Shown piece by piece: positions 14,076 through 23,521 of a stretch of 34,789 bases of DNA. The stretch comes from Cyanobacteriota bacterium (GTDB lineage: Bacteria > Cyanobacteriota > Cyanobacteriia > PCC-6307 > Cyanobiaceae). The stretch is from NCBI GenBank assembly GCA_046081805.1, contig JBJTWP010000031.1, positions 1-34,789 of the forward strand, given 5' to 3'. Each line of letters begins with the position of its first letter. The stretch's first letter is position 1. The translations under genes and the position numbers were made by a program. Below the pieces are notes generated by a model, which saw only the letters and a program-made list of their open reading frames with translations, was not told the origin of the DNA and ran no database searches.

Positions 14076-14403
14076 CCCAGGCCAAGCTATTCTTAGCCGT
14101 CCCTTATGGGACGCAATTGCGGACTCATATCAGGACATATCCGAGACTAACGCGATCGCTACCTGCCCGCCAGTTCGCCGGGCGAGCCGGTGGGCCCGGG
14201 GAAGCCGGTGGATCCCTGCCACCCGCTGCCAGAGCCCAGGGCCCAGGGGATCAAGCGTTGATCAACTCAGACTCAGACAAGATGCAGTCCGAGACCCGAA
14301 ACGAGTCGCATCTGATCTGGATGAGCTTGAGTGGTGCTGAATCGGCCGGTTCATCAGCCCGGCCATCAACCGTGGCACCAGCGGTGACATCAAACTGGTC
14401 ATC

Positions 14404-14438
14404 AAAAAAAGCCCAGGCTGGACAGGGCCAGCCTGGGC
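14404..14438 (-). terminator. Rho-independent terminator of apcD
   Basis: An 11-bp perfect stem gcccaggctgg/ccagcctgggc with a 6-nt loop is followed on the minus strand by a run of 7 T (plus-strand aaaaaaa 14404-14410). It lies ~90 nt downstream of the apcD stop. Confidence 0.85.
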
Positions 14439-14529
14439 GGTCGGTGCCATCTCGGTGCCATCGACGTCAGGTGCCGGGACATCGACCCGGCGGAACGGGG
14501 AGCGGTGACGGCGGGCTTGCTGCTGTGCC

Positions 14530-15024
14530 TCAGGTCGGGGTCTGCATGCCCTGGATCAGAAAGTCGAAGTAGGGGGAGGCCAGCGCCACCTGCTCGGTGC
14601 TGAGCAGGGCCACAGCCGCGTCCTTGAGGGTGCGCATTGCTTCCACCATGCCGGGCATGGGCACGCCGAGGCTGTTGTACATCTCACGGGCGCCGATGAG
14701 GCCGATCTGCTGGATCATCTCGGTGCTGCCGGCCAGCACGCCGTAGGTGACCAGCCGCAGATACCAGCTGTAGTCGCGCAGACACTGGGCACGCTGCTTC
14801 TGGCCATAGGCGTTGCCCCCCGGTGCCACGTAGTCGGGCTTGCGGGCAAAGAGCTGCTTGGCGGCTTCGTCAACGATCTTCTTTTGGTTGTCGGTCAGCA
14901 CCCTGGCCACCGCGAGCCGCTGGCTGCCGCCGCCCAGGAATTCCACCATCGAGCGGAGCTCCCCGCCGGTGGGGTAGCGGAGTTGATCATCGGCCTGAAG
15001 AATCAGATCCCGAACGATGCTCAT
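14530..15024 (-). CDS. apcD: Allophycocyanin alpha-B subunit
   Basis: [30 protein letters not shown]...[44 protein letters not shown]...[24 protein letters not shown] is near-colinear with remembered ApcD sequences (QADDELRYP, GGNAYG, CxRD chromophore Cys). Confidence 0.9.
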   Translation of the reverse strand: MSIVRDLILQADDQLRYPTGGELRSMVEFLGGGSQRLAVARVLTDNQKKIVDEAAKQLFARKPDYVAPGGNAYGQKQRAQCLRDYSWYLRLVTYGVLAGSTEMIQQIGLIGAREMYNSLGVPMPGMVEAMRTLKDAAVALLSTEQVALASPYFDFLIQGMQTPT

Positions 15025-15150
15025 CGCAGCGGCCAGACGCAGGTCGGAGTCTACCGAGATGGCTCGGCATCATCCGCCGCATCGACGAGGTGTAACGCCC
15101 CTTTGCACAGACTAGGGTCGGGCCTGGGGCGGAGCGGGCTCTCGGCAAGC

Positions 15151-16509
15151 ATGGGTGAACTGGCGGTCGGCCAGCGCTGTGAGGTGCTGATCAACGACCT
15201 GGGCCATGACGGCCAGGGGATCGGTCGTTGTGGCGAGGCCGTGGTGTTCTTGCCCGGCGCCCTGCCCGGCGAGCCCGTGCGGGCACGGCTGGTGCGCAGG
15301 GCCAGACGTCACTGGCTGGCCCTGCTGGAGGAGGTTCTTGACCCCAGTCCGGATCGGCGTCGGCAGCCCTGCATCCTGGCCGGCACGTGTGGCGGCTGTT
15401 CCTTGCAGCACCTGGCTCCTGAGGCCCAGGTGGCCTGGAAGCGCAGGGTTGTCGCCGACGCCCTGGAGCGGATCGGGGGCCTCCCCCATCCGGTGGAGCC
15501 GGTGCTGGCATCAACCGAGACGCTGGGCTACCGCAACCGGGCAATCATCCCCCTGGAACGCCGTGGGGACGGCTCAGTGGGCTGTGGCTACTACCGACGG
15601 GGCAGTCACCGGATCGTCAATCTCAATCACTGCCCGGTGCTCGACCCGCGCCTCGATCGGTTGGTGGAGCCGATCAAGGCGGATCTGGCCGCCACCAGCT
15701 GGCCGATCGACCGCGACGGCGGCGGCGGTCTGCGGCATCTGGCCCTGCGGGTTGGACGCCACACCGGGGAGCTGCTGATCAGCCTGATCAGCAGTCATGA
15801 CCGCCTGCCCGGGATGGCGGCCCTGGCGGCCCGCTGGCGGCGGCGCTGGCCCGCGGTGGTCGGGGTGAGCCTCAACCTGCAACCCCAGGCCAACAACGTG
15901 CTGATGGGCCCGGAAACCAGGGTGATCGCTGGCCAGGGTTCGATCCGTGAGCGCTTCGGCGACCATCTGCTGGAGATCGCCACCGATACCTTCTTCCAGG
16001 TGTTCACGGAGCAGGCTGAACGGGTGCTGCCGTTCCTGCGGTCCGCCCTGACCCGGCACCCGACCCCTGGCCTGGCCATTGACGCCTACTGCGGCATCGG
16101 CACCTTCAGCCTGCCGATGGCGGCCTCAGGCTGGCGGGTGGAGGGTCTGGAGGTGAATCCGCAGGCCGTACGGCAGGCGCAACGCAATGCGGGGCTTAAT
16201 GGGCTGGCCGATCGCTGCTCCTTCCACAGCTGTGCCGTGGCCGATGGCCTGGCGGCCCGCCTTCCGGAGGCCGGACTACTGCTGCTGGATCCGCCCCGGC
16301 GCGGTCTCGACCCGGTGGTGCTGGGCACCATCCTGGCGAGCCCGCCCCGCCAGCTTCTCTATCTCAGCTGTGATCCGTCGAGCCTGGCCAGGGATCTGGC
16401 CGTCCTGGTGCATGACGGGCCCTACGCCCTGGAGCAGGTGCAGCCGTTCGACTTCTTCCCGCACACCACCCACGTGGAAACGCTGGCGCTGCTGCAGCGC
16501 CGGCCCTGA
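15151..16509 (+). CDS. rlmD: 23S rRNA (uracil-5-)-methyltransferase, RumA/RlmD family (TRAM + Fe-S + SAM-MTase)
   Basis: The ATG at 15151 gives a TRAM-like N-terminus (VGQRCEVLINDLGHDGQGIGR). Cys cluster: CILAGTCGGCSLQH...NHCPV. MTase motifs: DAYCGIGTFSLP, LLLDPPRRG, YLSCDPSSLARD, FDFFPHTTHVE. The upstream part of ORF 14884.. is antisense to apcD. Confidence 0.8.
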   Translation: MGELAVGQRCEVLINDLGHDGQGIGRCGEAVVFLPGALPGEPVRARLVRRARRHWLALLEEVLDPSPDRRRQPCILAGTCGGCSLQHLAPEAQVAWKRRVVADALERIGGLPHPVEPVLASTETLGYRNRAIIPLERRGDGSVGCGYYRRGSHRIVNLNHCPVLDPRLDRLVEPIKADLAATSWPIDRDGGGGLRHLALRVGRHTGELLISLISSHDRLPGMAALAARWRRRWPAVVGVSLNLQPQANNVLMGPETRVIAGQGSIRERFGDHLLEIATDTFFQVFTEQAERVLPFLRSALTRHPTPGLAIDAYCGIGTFSLPMAASGWRVEGLEVNPQAVRQAQRNAGLNGLADRCSFHSCAVADGLAARLPEAGLLLLDPPRRGLDPVVLGTILASPPRQLLYLSCDPSSLARDLAVLVHDGPYALEQVQPFDFFPHTTHVETLALLQRRP

Positions 16510-16515
16510 AGGGCC

Positions 16516-18957
16516 TCAGACCCTCAGCCGCACGCCGGGCTGCTTGGCCAGGGCGGCGGTGATCGCGCCATGGGCCCTCTCCACGTCCTGGTCGGTCAGC
16601 GTGCGCCGGGGATCGCGATAGCGCAGTCGGAAGGCCTGGCTGCACTGGCCGTTCTCCACCTGGGCACCGGCGTAGCGGTCGATCAGTTCGGCCTGCTCCA
16701 GCAGCGGTCGACCGGCCTTGCGAATCACGGCCAGCAGGGCGGCGGCCGTGGTGCTCTCCGGTACCACAAGGGCCAGGTCGCGCTCCGCGGCGGGCACCGT
16801 GGGGAAGGGGGTGAAGGGGGGGCGCCAGCGGTTGGGGCGGGTGGCGGCGTTGAGCAGGGAGGCCAGGTCGAGCTGAAACCCGTAGGTGACCAGCGGCAGA
16901 TCCAGCTCCTCACACCGCTGCGGATGGAGCTGACCGAACCAGCCGGCGGGCCGGCCCTCCACCACGATCTGGGCCGCCCGGCCGGGATGCAGCAGCGGGT
17001 GATCCCTCAGCACCCGGTCATCCGTGGGGATGGCCAGGCTGCTGAGGGCGCTCTGAAGCAGGCCACGGGCCTGGAAATATCCGGGTGCCTGGGGTTTACC
17101 GCTGCTGCTCCAGCGCTCGGCCCGGCGTTCCCCACACACCACCCCGGCCAGCAGCTGCCGCGACGCACCTGCATCGGCGGCGCTGAACACGGCGCCGATC
17201 TCGAAGGCCCAAAACCCATCGGCGCCACTCTGGAGGTTGCGCCGCGCGGCGGCGAGCAGGTCCTCCAGCAGGTCGTCGCGCAGATGGCCGTAATCGGCAA
17301 GCAGGGGGTTGGCCAGGCCGAGGCGACCCTCAGCGGCCGGCACGAGGGAGAAGCTGCAGGCTTCCTGCAGGCCGACGGCCACCAGGCCACGGCGCAGTCG
17401 CCGCTCCGCCAGCTGGGTGGGTGACAGGCCACCCGGCTCGATCGGATCCGGCAGGTGGCAGGCGAAGTGGTCGTAACCCACCAGCCGCGCCACCTCCTCG
17501 ATCAGATCCACATCCCGCTGCAGGTCCAGGGCCCGGCAGGCCGGCACGCGCACCTGCCAGCCATCGTCCTGCTCCTCCAGGGTGCAGCCGATCGCCGCCA
17601 GGGTGCTGACGATCCGCCCGTCGCTGAGGTCCTCGGGCTCCCCCTCCACCAGCACAGGGCCCAACAGGTTGTGCAGGGCGTCGCGGCGCAGCCGCAGGGG
17701 CGGGGTGGGCCGCTCGGGTCGCCGCAGCACCCAGCGGCCCACCAGCTCGGCCCCGCAGAGCTCCTGCAGCAGCGCGACGGCCCGGTCTGAGGCCGCCAGC
17801 GTGGCTTCCGCTGGCAGACCTTTCTCAAAGCGGCTGCTGGCTTCCGTGCGCAGCCCCCCGCGGCGGGCGGAGCGCCGCACGGCCATGGCTGGAAAGACGG
17901 CTGCTTCCAGCCAGATGGCGCTGGTGGTATCGGCCACGGCCTCCTCGGCACCCCCGATCAACCCGGCCAGGGCAATGGGTTGATCCGCATAGGTCACCAC
18001 CAGATTCTCGGCGTCCAGAAGCCGCTCCTCGCCATCGAGGGTGGTGAGCCGCTCGCCCTCGCGTCCATGGCGGAGCCCGATGGCGTCGGCCTCGGCCCTG
18101 CCGCCGTGGCGGGCGGCCAGCCGGTCGCGGTCGAAGGCGTGCAGGGGCTGGCCCGTTTCCAGCATCACCAGATTGGTGACATCCACCACGTTATTGATCG
18201 GACGCACACCGGCCTTCTCCAGGCGCCGCTGCAGCCAGGTGGGGGACGCTGCCACCGTGACGTGCTGGAGCTCGGTGAGGCTGAAGAGTCCGCCCTGCTC
18301 CATCAGGGTCCGGGAGGCGGGGTCGGCCGCCAGCTCCGAGGCGGCGATGGCTTCCGGGCTGGTCGGCAGGGTGGTGCGCCCCCCGACGATGGCGGCCACC
18401 TCCCGGGCAATGCCGCCCATGGACAGACCGTCCGGGCGGTTGGCCGTGATCGCCAGCTCCAGCACCTGATCGTCGAGGCCCAGCAGAGGACCCACCGGGC
18501 TGCCCAGGGCGGGAACGGACTCCAGCAGGTCCTCCAGAATCGCGATCCCCTCCAGGGGGGAGGGGAGTCCCAGCTCCGTGAGCGAGCAGATCATCCCGCT
18601 GCTGGACACACCCCGCAGCTCGGCTGGTTTGATCGTGAGGTTCACAGCGGGGAGGGTGGCCCCCACCAGGGCGACGGGCACATGGATGCCGGCCCGCACA
18701 TTGCTGGCACCGCAGACGATCTGCAGCAGCGCCGCCGCACCGACATCCACCTGACAGACGCTGAGTTTGTCGGCGTTGGGGTGGGGCTCCCGCGTCCGCA
18801 CGTATCCCACCACCACACCCACGGCGCGGGCCGCCAGGTCCTCGATCGCGTCCACCTCAAATCCTGCGATCGAGAGACGCTCCGCGAGGGTCTCCACCTC
18901 GAAACTCTCTGGCGCGGCGGCCACCAGCTCCTGCAACCATTGGAGCGAGACCCGCAT
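16516..18957 (-). CDS. pheT: Phenylalanine--tRNA ligase beta subunit
   Basis: 813 aa: MRVSLQWLQELV..., a tRNA-binding domain (HPNADKLSVCQVDVG...LQIVCGASNV), B3/4 and B5 domains, and a C-terminal anticodon-binding-like domain (RDLALVV...FRLRYRDPRRTLTDQDV). Confidence 0.95.
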   Translation of the reverse strand: MRVSLQWLQELVAAAPESFEVETLAERLSIAGFEVDAIEDLAARAVGVVVGYVRTREPHPNADKLSVCQVDVGAAALLQIVCGASNVRAGIHVPVALVGATLPAVNLTIKPAELRGVSSSGMICSLTELGLPSPLEGIAILEDLLESVPALGSPVGPLLGLDDQVLELAITANRPDGLSMGGIAREVAAIVGGRTTLPTSPEAIAASELAADPASRTLMEQGGLFSLTELQHVTVAASPTWLQRRLEKAGVRPINNVVDVTNLVMLETGQPLHAFDRDRLAARHGGRAEADAIGLRHGREGERLTTLDGEERLLDAENLVVTYADQPIALAGLIGGAEEAVADTTSAIWLEAAVFPAMAVRRSARRGGLRTEASSRFEKGLPAEATLAASDRAVALLQELCGAELVGRWVLRRPERPTPPLRLRRDALHNLLGPVLVEGEPEDLSDGRIVSTLAAIGCTLEEQDDGWQVRVPACRALDLQRDVDLIEEVARLVGYDHFACHLPDPIEPGGLSPTQLAERRLRRGLVAVGLQEACSFSLVPAAEGRLGLANPLLADYGHLRDDLLEDLLAAARRNLQSGADGFWAFEIGAVFSAADAGASRQLLAGVVCGERRAERWSSSGKPQAPGYFQARGLLQSALSSLAIPTDDRVLRDHPLLHPGRAAQIVVEGRPAGWFGQLHPQRCEELDLPLVTYGFQLDLASLLNAATRPNRWRPPFTPFPTVPAAERDLALVVPESTTAAALLAVIRKAGRPLLEQAELIDRYAGAQVENGQCSQAFRLRYRDPRRTLTDQDVERAHGAITAALAKQPGVRLRV

Positions 18958-18961
18958 CAGT

Positions 18962-18999
18962 CCGTGCCGTCAGGTAGGCCGGATCCTAAGGAGGCACGG
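18962..18999. promoter_or_regulatory. Imperfect hairpin in the pheT/rpmG divergent spacer (function unknown)
   Basis: ccgtgcc (18962-18968) pairs with ggcacgg (18993-18999); inner tagg/ccta pair at 18975-78/18985-88. On the minus strand it ends 5 nt before the pheT ATG. On the plus strand it encloses aaggagg. Confidence 0.35.
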
Positions 19000-19070
19000 G
19001 AATCGGGAAACCCCAAGGGGTAGGGTGGCCCATTGTCCCCTCGCATCGCTCAAGCGGCGCAACGTCCTTC

Positions 19071-19265
19071 ATGGCTAAGAACAAGGGCGTCCGGCTGGTG
19101 ATCACCCTCGAGTGCACCGAATGCCGGTCCAACCCCGCCAAGCGGACTCCCGGTGTGTCCCGCTACACCACCGAGAAGAACCGCCGGAACACCACCGAAC
19201 GGCTGGAGCTGAAGAAGTTCTGTCCCCACTGCAACAAGCCGACGGTGCACAAGGAGATCAAGTGA
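19071..19265 (+). CDS. rpmG: 50S ribosomal protein L33
   Basis: [64 protein letters not shown]. Confidence 0.95.
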   Translation: MAKNKGVRLVITLECTECRSNPAKRTPGVSRYTTEKNRRNTTERLELKKFCPHCNKPTVHKEIK

Positions 19266-19324
19266 GCTGAGGCTCCTCAATTCCTTTGCCGCCGTCAGGC
19301 CTTTCATCGTCCCCACCGTTCACC

Positions 19325-19546
19325 ATGACCAGCTCCTTTTTCAAGAAGCGCCTTTCCCCGATCAAACCGGGCGATCCGATCGACTACAAGGATGTCGATC
19401 TGCTGAAGAAGTTCATCACCGAGCGCGGCAAGATCCTGCCTCGCCGTCTCACTGGCCTCACCGCCAAGCAGCAGCGTGATCTCACCAACGCCGTCAAGCG
19501 TGCCCGCATCGTGGCCCTGCTGCCCTTCGTGAATCCCGAAGGCTGA
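19325..19546 (+). CDS. rpsR: 30S ribosomal protein S18
   Basis: [69 protein letters not shown]; I prefer the internal ATG at 19325 over the TTG at 19286. Confidence 0.9.
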   Translation: MTSSFFKKRLSPIKPGDPIDYKDVDLLKKFITERGKILPRRLTGLTAKQQRDLTNAVKRARIVALLPFVNPEG

Positions 19547-19625
19547 GGCGGTTCTGGCAGCCGCCACCCACCATCCCGGCGATCTCGTCGGCCTGCTCAG
19601 TGAGAAGGGACCGCAACTGGCCCTG

Positions 19626-21605
19626 GTGGCGGGGGTGCAGGGCTCCAGGGCCCTCGTGCTTCCCGGCTGGAGGGCGTCGGCCCCAGCCCCGTCACGGCAA
19701 CTCACCCTGCCGCTGCGCAGCCTCGAGATGATTAGCCCCCTGCCGGCCGGAGCTCCTGTTCCAGAGCGGCCGGGGCTGTTCCCATGGGCCTTCAGCCCAG
19801 ACGAGCTGCAGGCGGCGATGCCGGCCCGCCGTGACGTGGCTGCCGCCTGGTTGCTGTTGCAGGGGGAGGAGACCAGCCTCAGCCTGAGGGAGTGGGTGGA
19901 GCTCATCCACAGCGACCCCGAGCCGGTTCAGCTGGGCGCTGCCTGGCTGTGGTTGCAGGGCGGGCAGCAGCTGTTTCGCTGGCGTCAGCAGCGCCTCACG
20001 GTGCGCTCCTGCCAGGAGCTGCGCCCCATGCGCCATGAACAGCGTCGCCTGCGGCTCGCCCAGCAGGTCCGGGAGCACTGGCATCGGCTGATCCGCTCCC
20101 GGGAACCCATCGAGGCTCACCAGCTCGGTGCGATCCAGCAGCGGGAGCTCAGCCTGCTGCATGACTGGGCTGCTGGCGATGATTCGGAAGCCCTGCCCCC
20201 GGACCTGCGCCGGGCCCTGCAGGCCGCCCATTGCCCAGCGGAGACGGGTTCGATCCGGCACCTGCTGGCCGACCTGGGGCAATGGGACCTCCATCACCTG
20301 CCATCCCTGCAGGCCACCCCCTGGCAGCTCGGCTTCAGTGCTGAGCTGGAGGCCCTGGCGGCCCAGCTGGTGGCCAGCCACGACGATCCCCGCCCCGGCG
20401 ATGGCCAGCGGCTGGATCTCACTGATCTGGCGTCGGTCACGATCGATGATGTCGACACGCGGGACATCGACGATGGCCTGGCGCTGGAGCAACGGGATGG
20501 CGGGATGCCGCGGCTCTGGATCCACGTGGCGGATCCAGGCCGGCTCGTCGCTCCTGGCGATCCTCTGGACCTGGAGGCGCGGCGCCGCGCCTCCAGCCTC
20601 TATCTCAGCCGCTGCAACCTGCCGATGTTCCCGCCGGCCCTGGCCACCGGCCCCTTCAGCCTGCGCTCGGGCCACCGCTGCGCCGCCTGGAGTGTGTGGG
20701 TGGAGCTGGCCGATGACGGGGCCATCGCCGCCAGTGGTGTACTGCGCAGTTGGGTGAAGCCCCGCTATCGGCTCTCCTATGCCGACGCCGATGAGCTGAT
20801 CGAGCTGGCACCGCCCCAGGAGCGTGCATTGGAGCAGATCCATGGCCTGCTGGCCCGCCGGCGACAGTGGCGGGTGGCCCGGGGGGCCCTGCTGCTGGAT
20901 CAGCCCGAGGGCCGGATTCGGGAACGGGACGGCGAACCCTGCCTGGAGATCACCGAGCCCAGCCCGTCGCGGCAGATGGTGGCGGAGGCCATGATCCTGG
21001 CCGGTGCCGTGGTGGCTGAACTGGGCCGCAGCAGCGGCCTCGCCCTGCCCTACCGGTCGCAAATGCCGGCCGAACTGCCCTCCGCCGCCGAGCTCAACCC
21101 CCTGCCGGACGGCCCCGTGCGCCACGCCGCGATCAAGCGCTGCCTCAGCCGTGGCCTCACCGGCACCACCCCCAGCGCCCACTTCAGCCTGGGCCTGTCC
21201 GCCTATGTGCAGGCCACCTCACCGATTCGCCGCTACGCCGATCTGGTGGCGCAGCGCCAGTTGGAGGGCCTGCTCCACGGCGGCCCGGTGCTGGAGGCGG
21301 CGGCGCTGCAGGAGCTGCTCAACGGGCTGGAGGCTCCGCTGCGCCAGGGCATTCAGATCTCCCGCGAAGACCAGCGCCACTGGCAGCAGGTGTGGTTCGA
21401 GCGGCACCGGGGCCAGCACTGGCGGGCCCAGTTCCTGCGCTGGCTCCGGCCCCAGGACCGCCTGGGCCTGGTGCACGTGGACGAGCTGGCCCTGGATCTG
21501 GCCGCCGAATGCCCAGCCAGCTCCGACCCTGGCGATGGGCTGCTGCTGCGGGTACAGGAGGTGGATGCGTTGCGGGATCAACTGCGCTTACGGGCTTCAG
21601 CCTGA
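19626..21605 (+). CDS. RNase II/R family 3'-5' exoribonuclease (RNB domain)
   Basis: VTIDDVDTRDIDDGLAL, LWIHVADP, ASSLYLSRCNLPMFP, HFSLGLSAYVQATSPIRRYADLVAQRQL. The first canonical start is GTG 19626, but the frame is open from 19533 (see findings). Confidence 0.8.
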   Translation: MAGVQGSRALVLPGWRASAPAPSRQLTLPLRSLEMISPLPAGAPVPERPGLFPWAFSPDELQAAMPARRDVAAAWLLLQGEETSLSLREWVELIHSDPEPVQLGAAWLWLQGGQQLFRWRQQRLTVRSCQELRPMRHEQRRLRLAQQVREHWHRLIRSREPIEAHQLGAIQQRELSLLHDWAAGDDSEALPPDLRRALQAAHCPAETGSIRHLLADLGQWDLHHLPSLQATPWQLGFSAELEALAAQLVASHDDPRPGDGQRLDLTDLASVTIDDVDTRDIDDGLALEQRDGGMPRLWIHVADPGRLVAPGDPLDLEARRRASSLYLSRCNLPMFPPALATGPFSLRSGHRCAAWSVWVELADDGAIAASGVLRSWVKPRYRLSYADADELIELAPPQERALEQIHGLLARRRQWRVARGALLLDQPEGRIRERDGEPCLEITEPSPSRQMVAEAMILAGAVVAELGRSSGLALPYRSQMPAELPSAAELNPLPDGPVRHAAIKRCLSRGLTGTTPSAHFSLGLSAYVQATSPIRRYADLVAQRQLEGLLHGGPVLEAAALQELLNGLEAPLRQGIQISREDQRHWQQVWFERHRGQHWRAQFLRWLRPQDRLGLVHVDELALDLAAECPASSDPGDGLLLRVQEVDALRDQLRLRASA

Positions 21606-23423
21606 GAGGCGTGAGGCCCGCAGCCAGGGGCCCCAGGGGTTGAGGCAGCCGATCAGGGACACCAGGCGCGGTCGATCCTGCTGCTCGAGCCAGTGGTGCA
21701 GGCCGGGCTCCAGGGTGATCAACGGCCACCGGCCCTCCGCGGCGTGCAGCTGATACCCCCCGTTGCCATCGGGACAGAGGCTGCCCGTGACCTGGCGCTC
21801 CCCCGGTTCCGGGGGGGCAACGGCAGGATCCGGCTCTGACGCACCGGCCAGATGGCCATCCAGCCCCAGCAGCGAGGGATCGGTCAGGGCCTGGCGCTGC
21901 CGCTGCCGCCACTCGGGGTGGTGCCAGGGCGTGTCCCAGAGCGGCAGTGGACCTGCCGGGGCCTGGGGATCCTCGATCAGGGCCCGCTGGAGCTGGAGCA
22001 CCGGCAACTCGGCCGGCATCACCCCCTGGCTGACGCACAGGGCCGCCGCCAGGCCGGCCACCTGGCCTACGTTCATGACCAGGGGTTGTAGACGGGTGGC
22101 GCCGTTGGCCATGTGGCTGGTGCCGATCGCCTTGTCGGCGGCCAGGAGATTTGTGCAGTGCGCGCTGACCAGGGCTCCGAAGGGAATGCAGAACGGGGTG
22201 CCGCTCCAGCGCCCGCCCCAGCGGCAGCTCTTGGCAGCAAGTGGCCAGTCGGGGCCGGGGTAATGGTGGTCGTTGGCGTAGTTGCCCACGGCAATCGCAT
22301 CCAGCTGGCCATCCCGCCAGGGGAGCGCCGCGATGGAGGCGCCAGGCCCTCGGGGCAGCAGATCCCCTTCCACCACGGTGGTGAGGGCCCTCAACCGACG
22401 GCCCTCACGCCAGTAGGGCATCAGGGCGAGGCCCCTGCGGCCCTCCAGCGGGGCGGGCTCTCCTGCCGCCGCCGCCGCCTGGAGTCGGCTGGCCTCGGGG
22501 AAGCCCGCGCCGGGGCGGAGCCAGCCTTCCGAGGCGGCCTCCAGGGCCTGGAGAAAGGCCAGTGAGTGGGCCTGCATCGCCGCCTCGAGCTCCAGCTCGT
22601 CGTCGGCACGGCCACGGAAGGCTCGCACCAGGCCCCCATGCCAGTCGTTGCCATGCAGGGGCCAGTTGAGCATCACCAGGCCGCCGGGCAGGCGGCCGTA
22701 GCTGATCGTTCGCTCCAGTCCGAAGGCCTCGGCCGCCTGCGCGAAGGGGGGTGGCAAGGCCCCTGGCCGGCTGGGCGGGGCCCGGTCTGGATCGAGCTGG
22801 CCCAGCACCACCCAGGTGGGTGACTGCACGGGCTGGCACTGAAAGAAGGGATCGTTCTCCAGATCCCGCTGCGGTGGTGCACTGGGCTCCTGCCACCGCT
22901 CGCGCGGCTCCCAGCCAAGCTGGTGGGGCAGGCCGTGGGCCAGCAGGTCGCCCCGATCGCTGCCATCGATCACGATCCGGGGCTCCACCCGCAACCGCCG
23001 GCCCGCCTGCTCCACCACCACCGCCGCCACCCGGTCACCCCGGGGCTCCAGCTCGAGATCCAGCAAGCGGCCGTTCGCCAGCCAGCTGAGCGCCGGAGCC
23101 TCATCCAGCCAGTGCCGCAGGACTCGCTCCGCCGTGGACGGCCGATACCCGAAACAGCTCACCCAGTTGTGGTCGAGCCCCTCGGGCTCCGCCCGGGCGA
23201 GCGCCCGCAGGAACGCTCCCCAGAGGCCGCTCTGCCAGGGGCTGAGTTCGTTGCCATCGGGACAGCACACTCCCGCGGCGCTCACCATGCCTCCCAGCCA
23301 GCCACCGGGGGTGACCAGCAGGGTGTGGACGCCTCGTCGGGCCGCCTGGATCGCCGCCGCCACGCCGCCGGTGCCCCCGCCCCACACCAGCACGGGCACC
23401 TGGATCAGCTCGGTGGGGCGCAT
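21597..23423 (-). CDS. FAD-dependent oxidoreductase (FAD_oxidored-like), 608 aa
   Basis: The ATG (complement 23421-23423) gives MRPTELIQVPVLVWGGGTGGVAAAIQAARRGVHTLLVTPGGWLGGM (GxGxxG). The 3' end overlaps the RNase II-family gene's stop by 9 nt (convergent). Confidence 0.7.
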   Translation of the reverse strand: MRPTELIQVPVLVWGGGTGGVAAAIQAARRGVHTLLVTPGGWLGGMVSAAGVCCPDGNELSPWQSGLWGAFLRALARAEPEGLDHNWVSCFGYRPSTAERVLRHWLDEAPALSWLANGRLLDLELEPRGDRVAAVVVEQAGRRLRVEPRIVIDGSDRGDLLAHGLPHQLGWEPRERWQEPSAPPQRDLENDPFFQCQPVQSPTWVVLGQLDPDRAPPSRPGALPPPFAQAAEAFGLERTISYGRLPGGLVMLNWPLHGNDWHGGLVRAFRGRADDELELEAAMQAHSLAFLQALEAASEGWLRPGAGFPEASRLQAAAAAGEPAPLEGRRGLALMPYWREGRRLRALTTVVEGDLLPRGPGASIAALPWRDGQLDAIAVGNYANDHHYPGPDWPLAAKSCRWGGRWSGTPFCIPFGALVSAHCTNLLAADKAIGTSHMANGATRLQPLVMNVGQVAGLAAALCVSQGVMPAELPVLQLQRALIEDPQAPAGPLPLWDTPWHHPEWRQRQRQALTDPSLLGLDGHLAGASEPDPAVAPPEPGERQVTGSLCPDGNGGYQLHAAEGRWPLITLEPGLHHWLEQQDRPRLVSLIGCLNPWGPWLRASRLSG

Positions 23424-23521
23424 GGGCTGGGCGAGAACGTGGTGGGTAAGATCCGGCCTCGGCACGGGGCCGCCCCGGCGGCGCAGCGAGCCCGAACGAC
23501 CCACGCCGTGGCCCGGACCGG

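Noticed and set aside
13368-14403. Checked whether the gap encodes RNase P RNA, tmRNA (including the permuted two-piece form), SRP RNA, or a glutamine / Downstream-peptide riboswitch.
   Set aside because: On either strand I could not find GAGGAAAGUCCGGGC or ACAGAACCCGGCUUA (only a loose resemblance at 13621-13640). I found no GGGGCUG...UUCGA T-arm...CCA for tmRNA, no GGAAGCAGC-type SRP domain IV, and no ACGGAAGUAGG/AAGGAACGC. An eye search cannot exclude divergent versions.
13630-14572. Several 60-175-aa ORFs in the ORF-free stretch (13630..13992, 13649..14044, 13689..14096, 13712..14038, 13870..14085, 13993..14340, 14048..14572, 14262..14450).
   Set aside because: They overlap one another in all frames and are rich in P/S/R/C/W. 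Two run through the apcD terminator or into apcD antisense, and none resembles a known protein. A start-less minus-strand frame ending ..LKLIQIRCDSFRVSDCILSESELINA* (about 14262-14400) looks slightly more protein-like, but it has no start codon and begins inside the terminator.
19692-21182. 496-aa minus-strand ORF.
   Set aside because: It is antisense to the RNB-domain exoribonuclease gene, which carries clear catalytic motifs. It has shadow-ORF composition.
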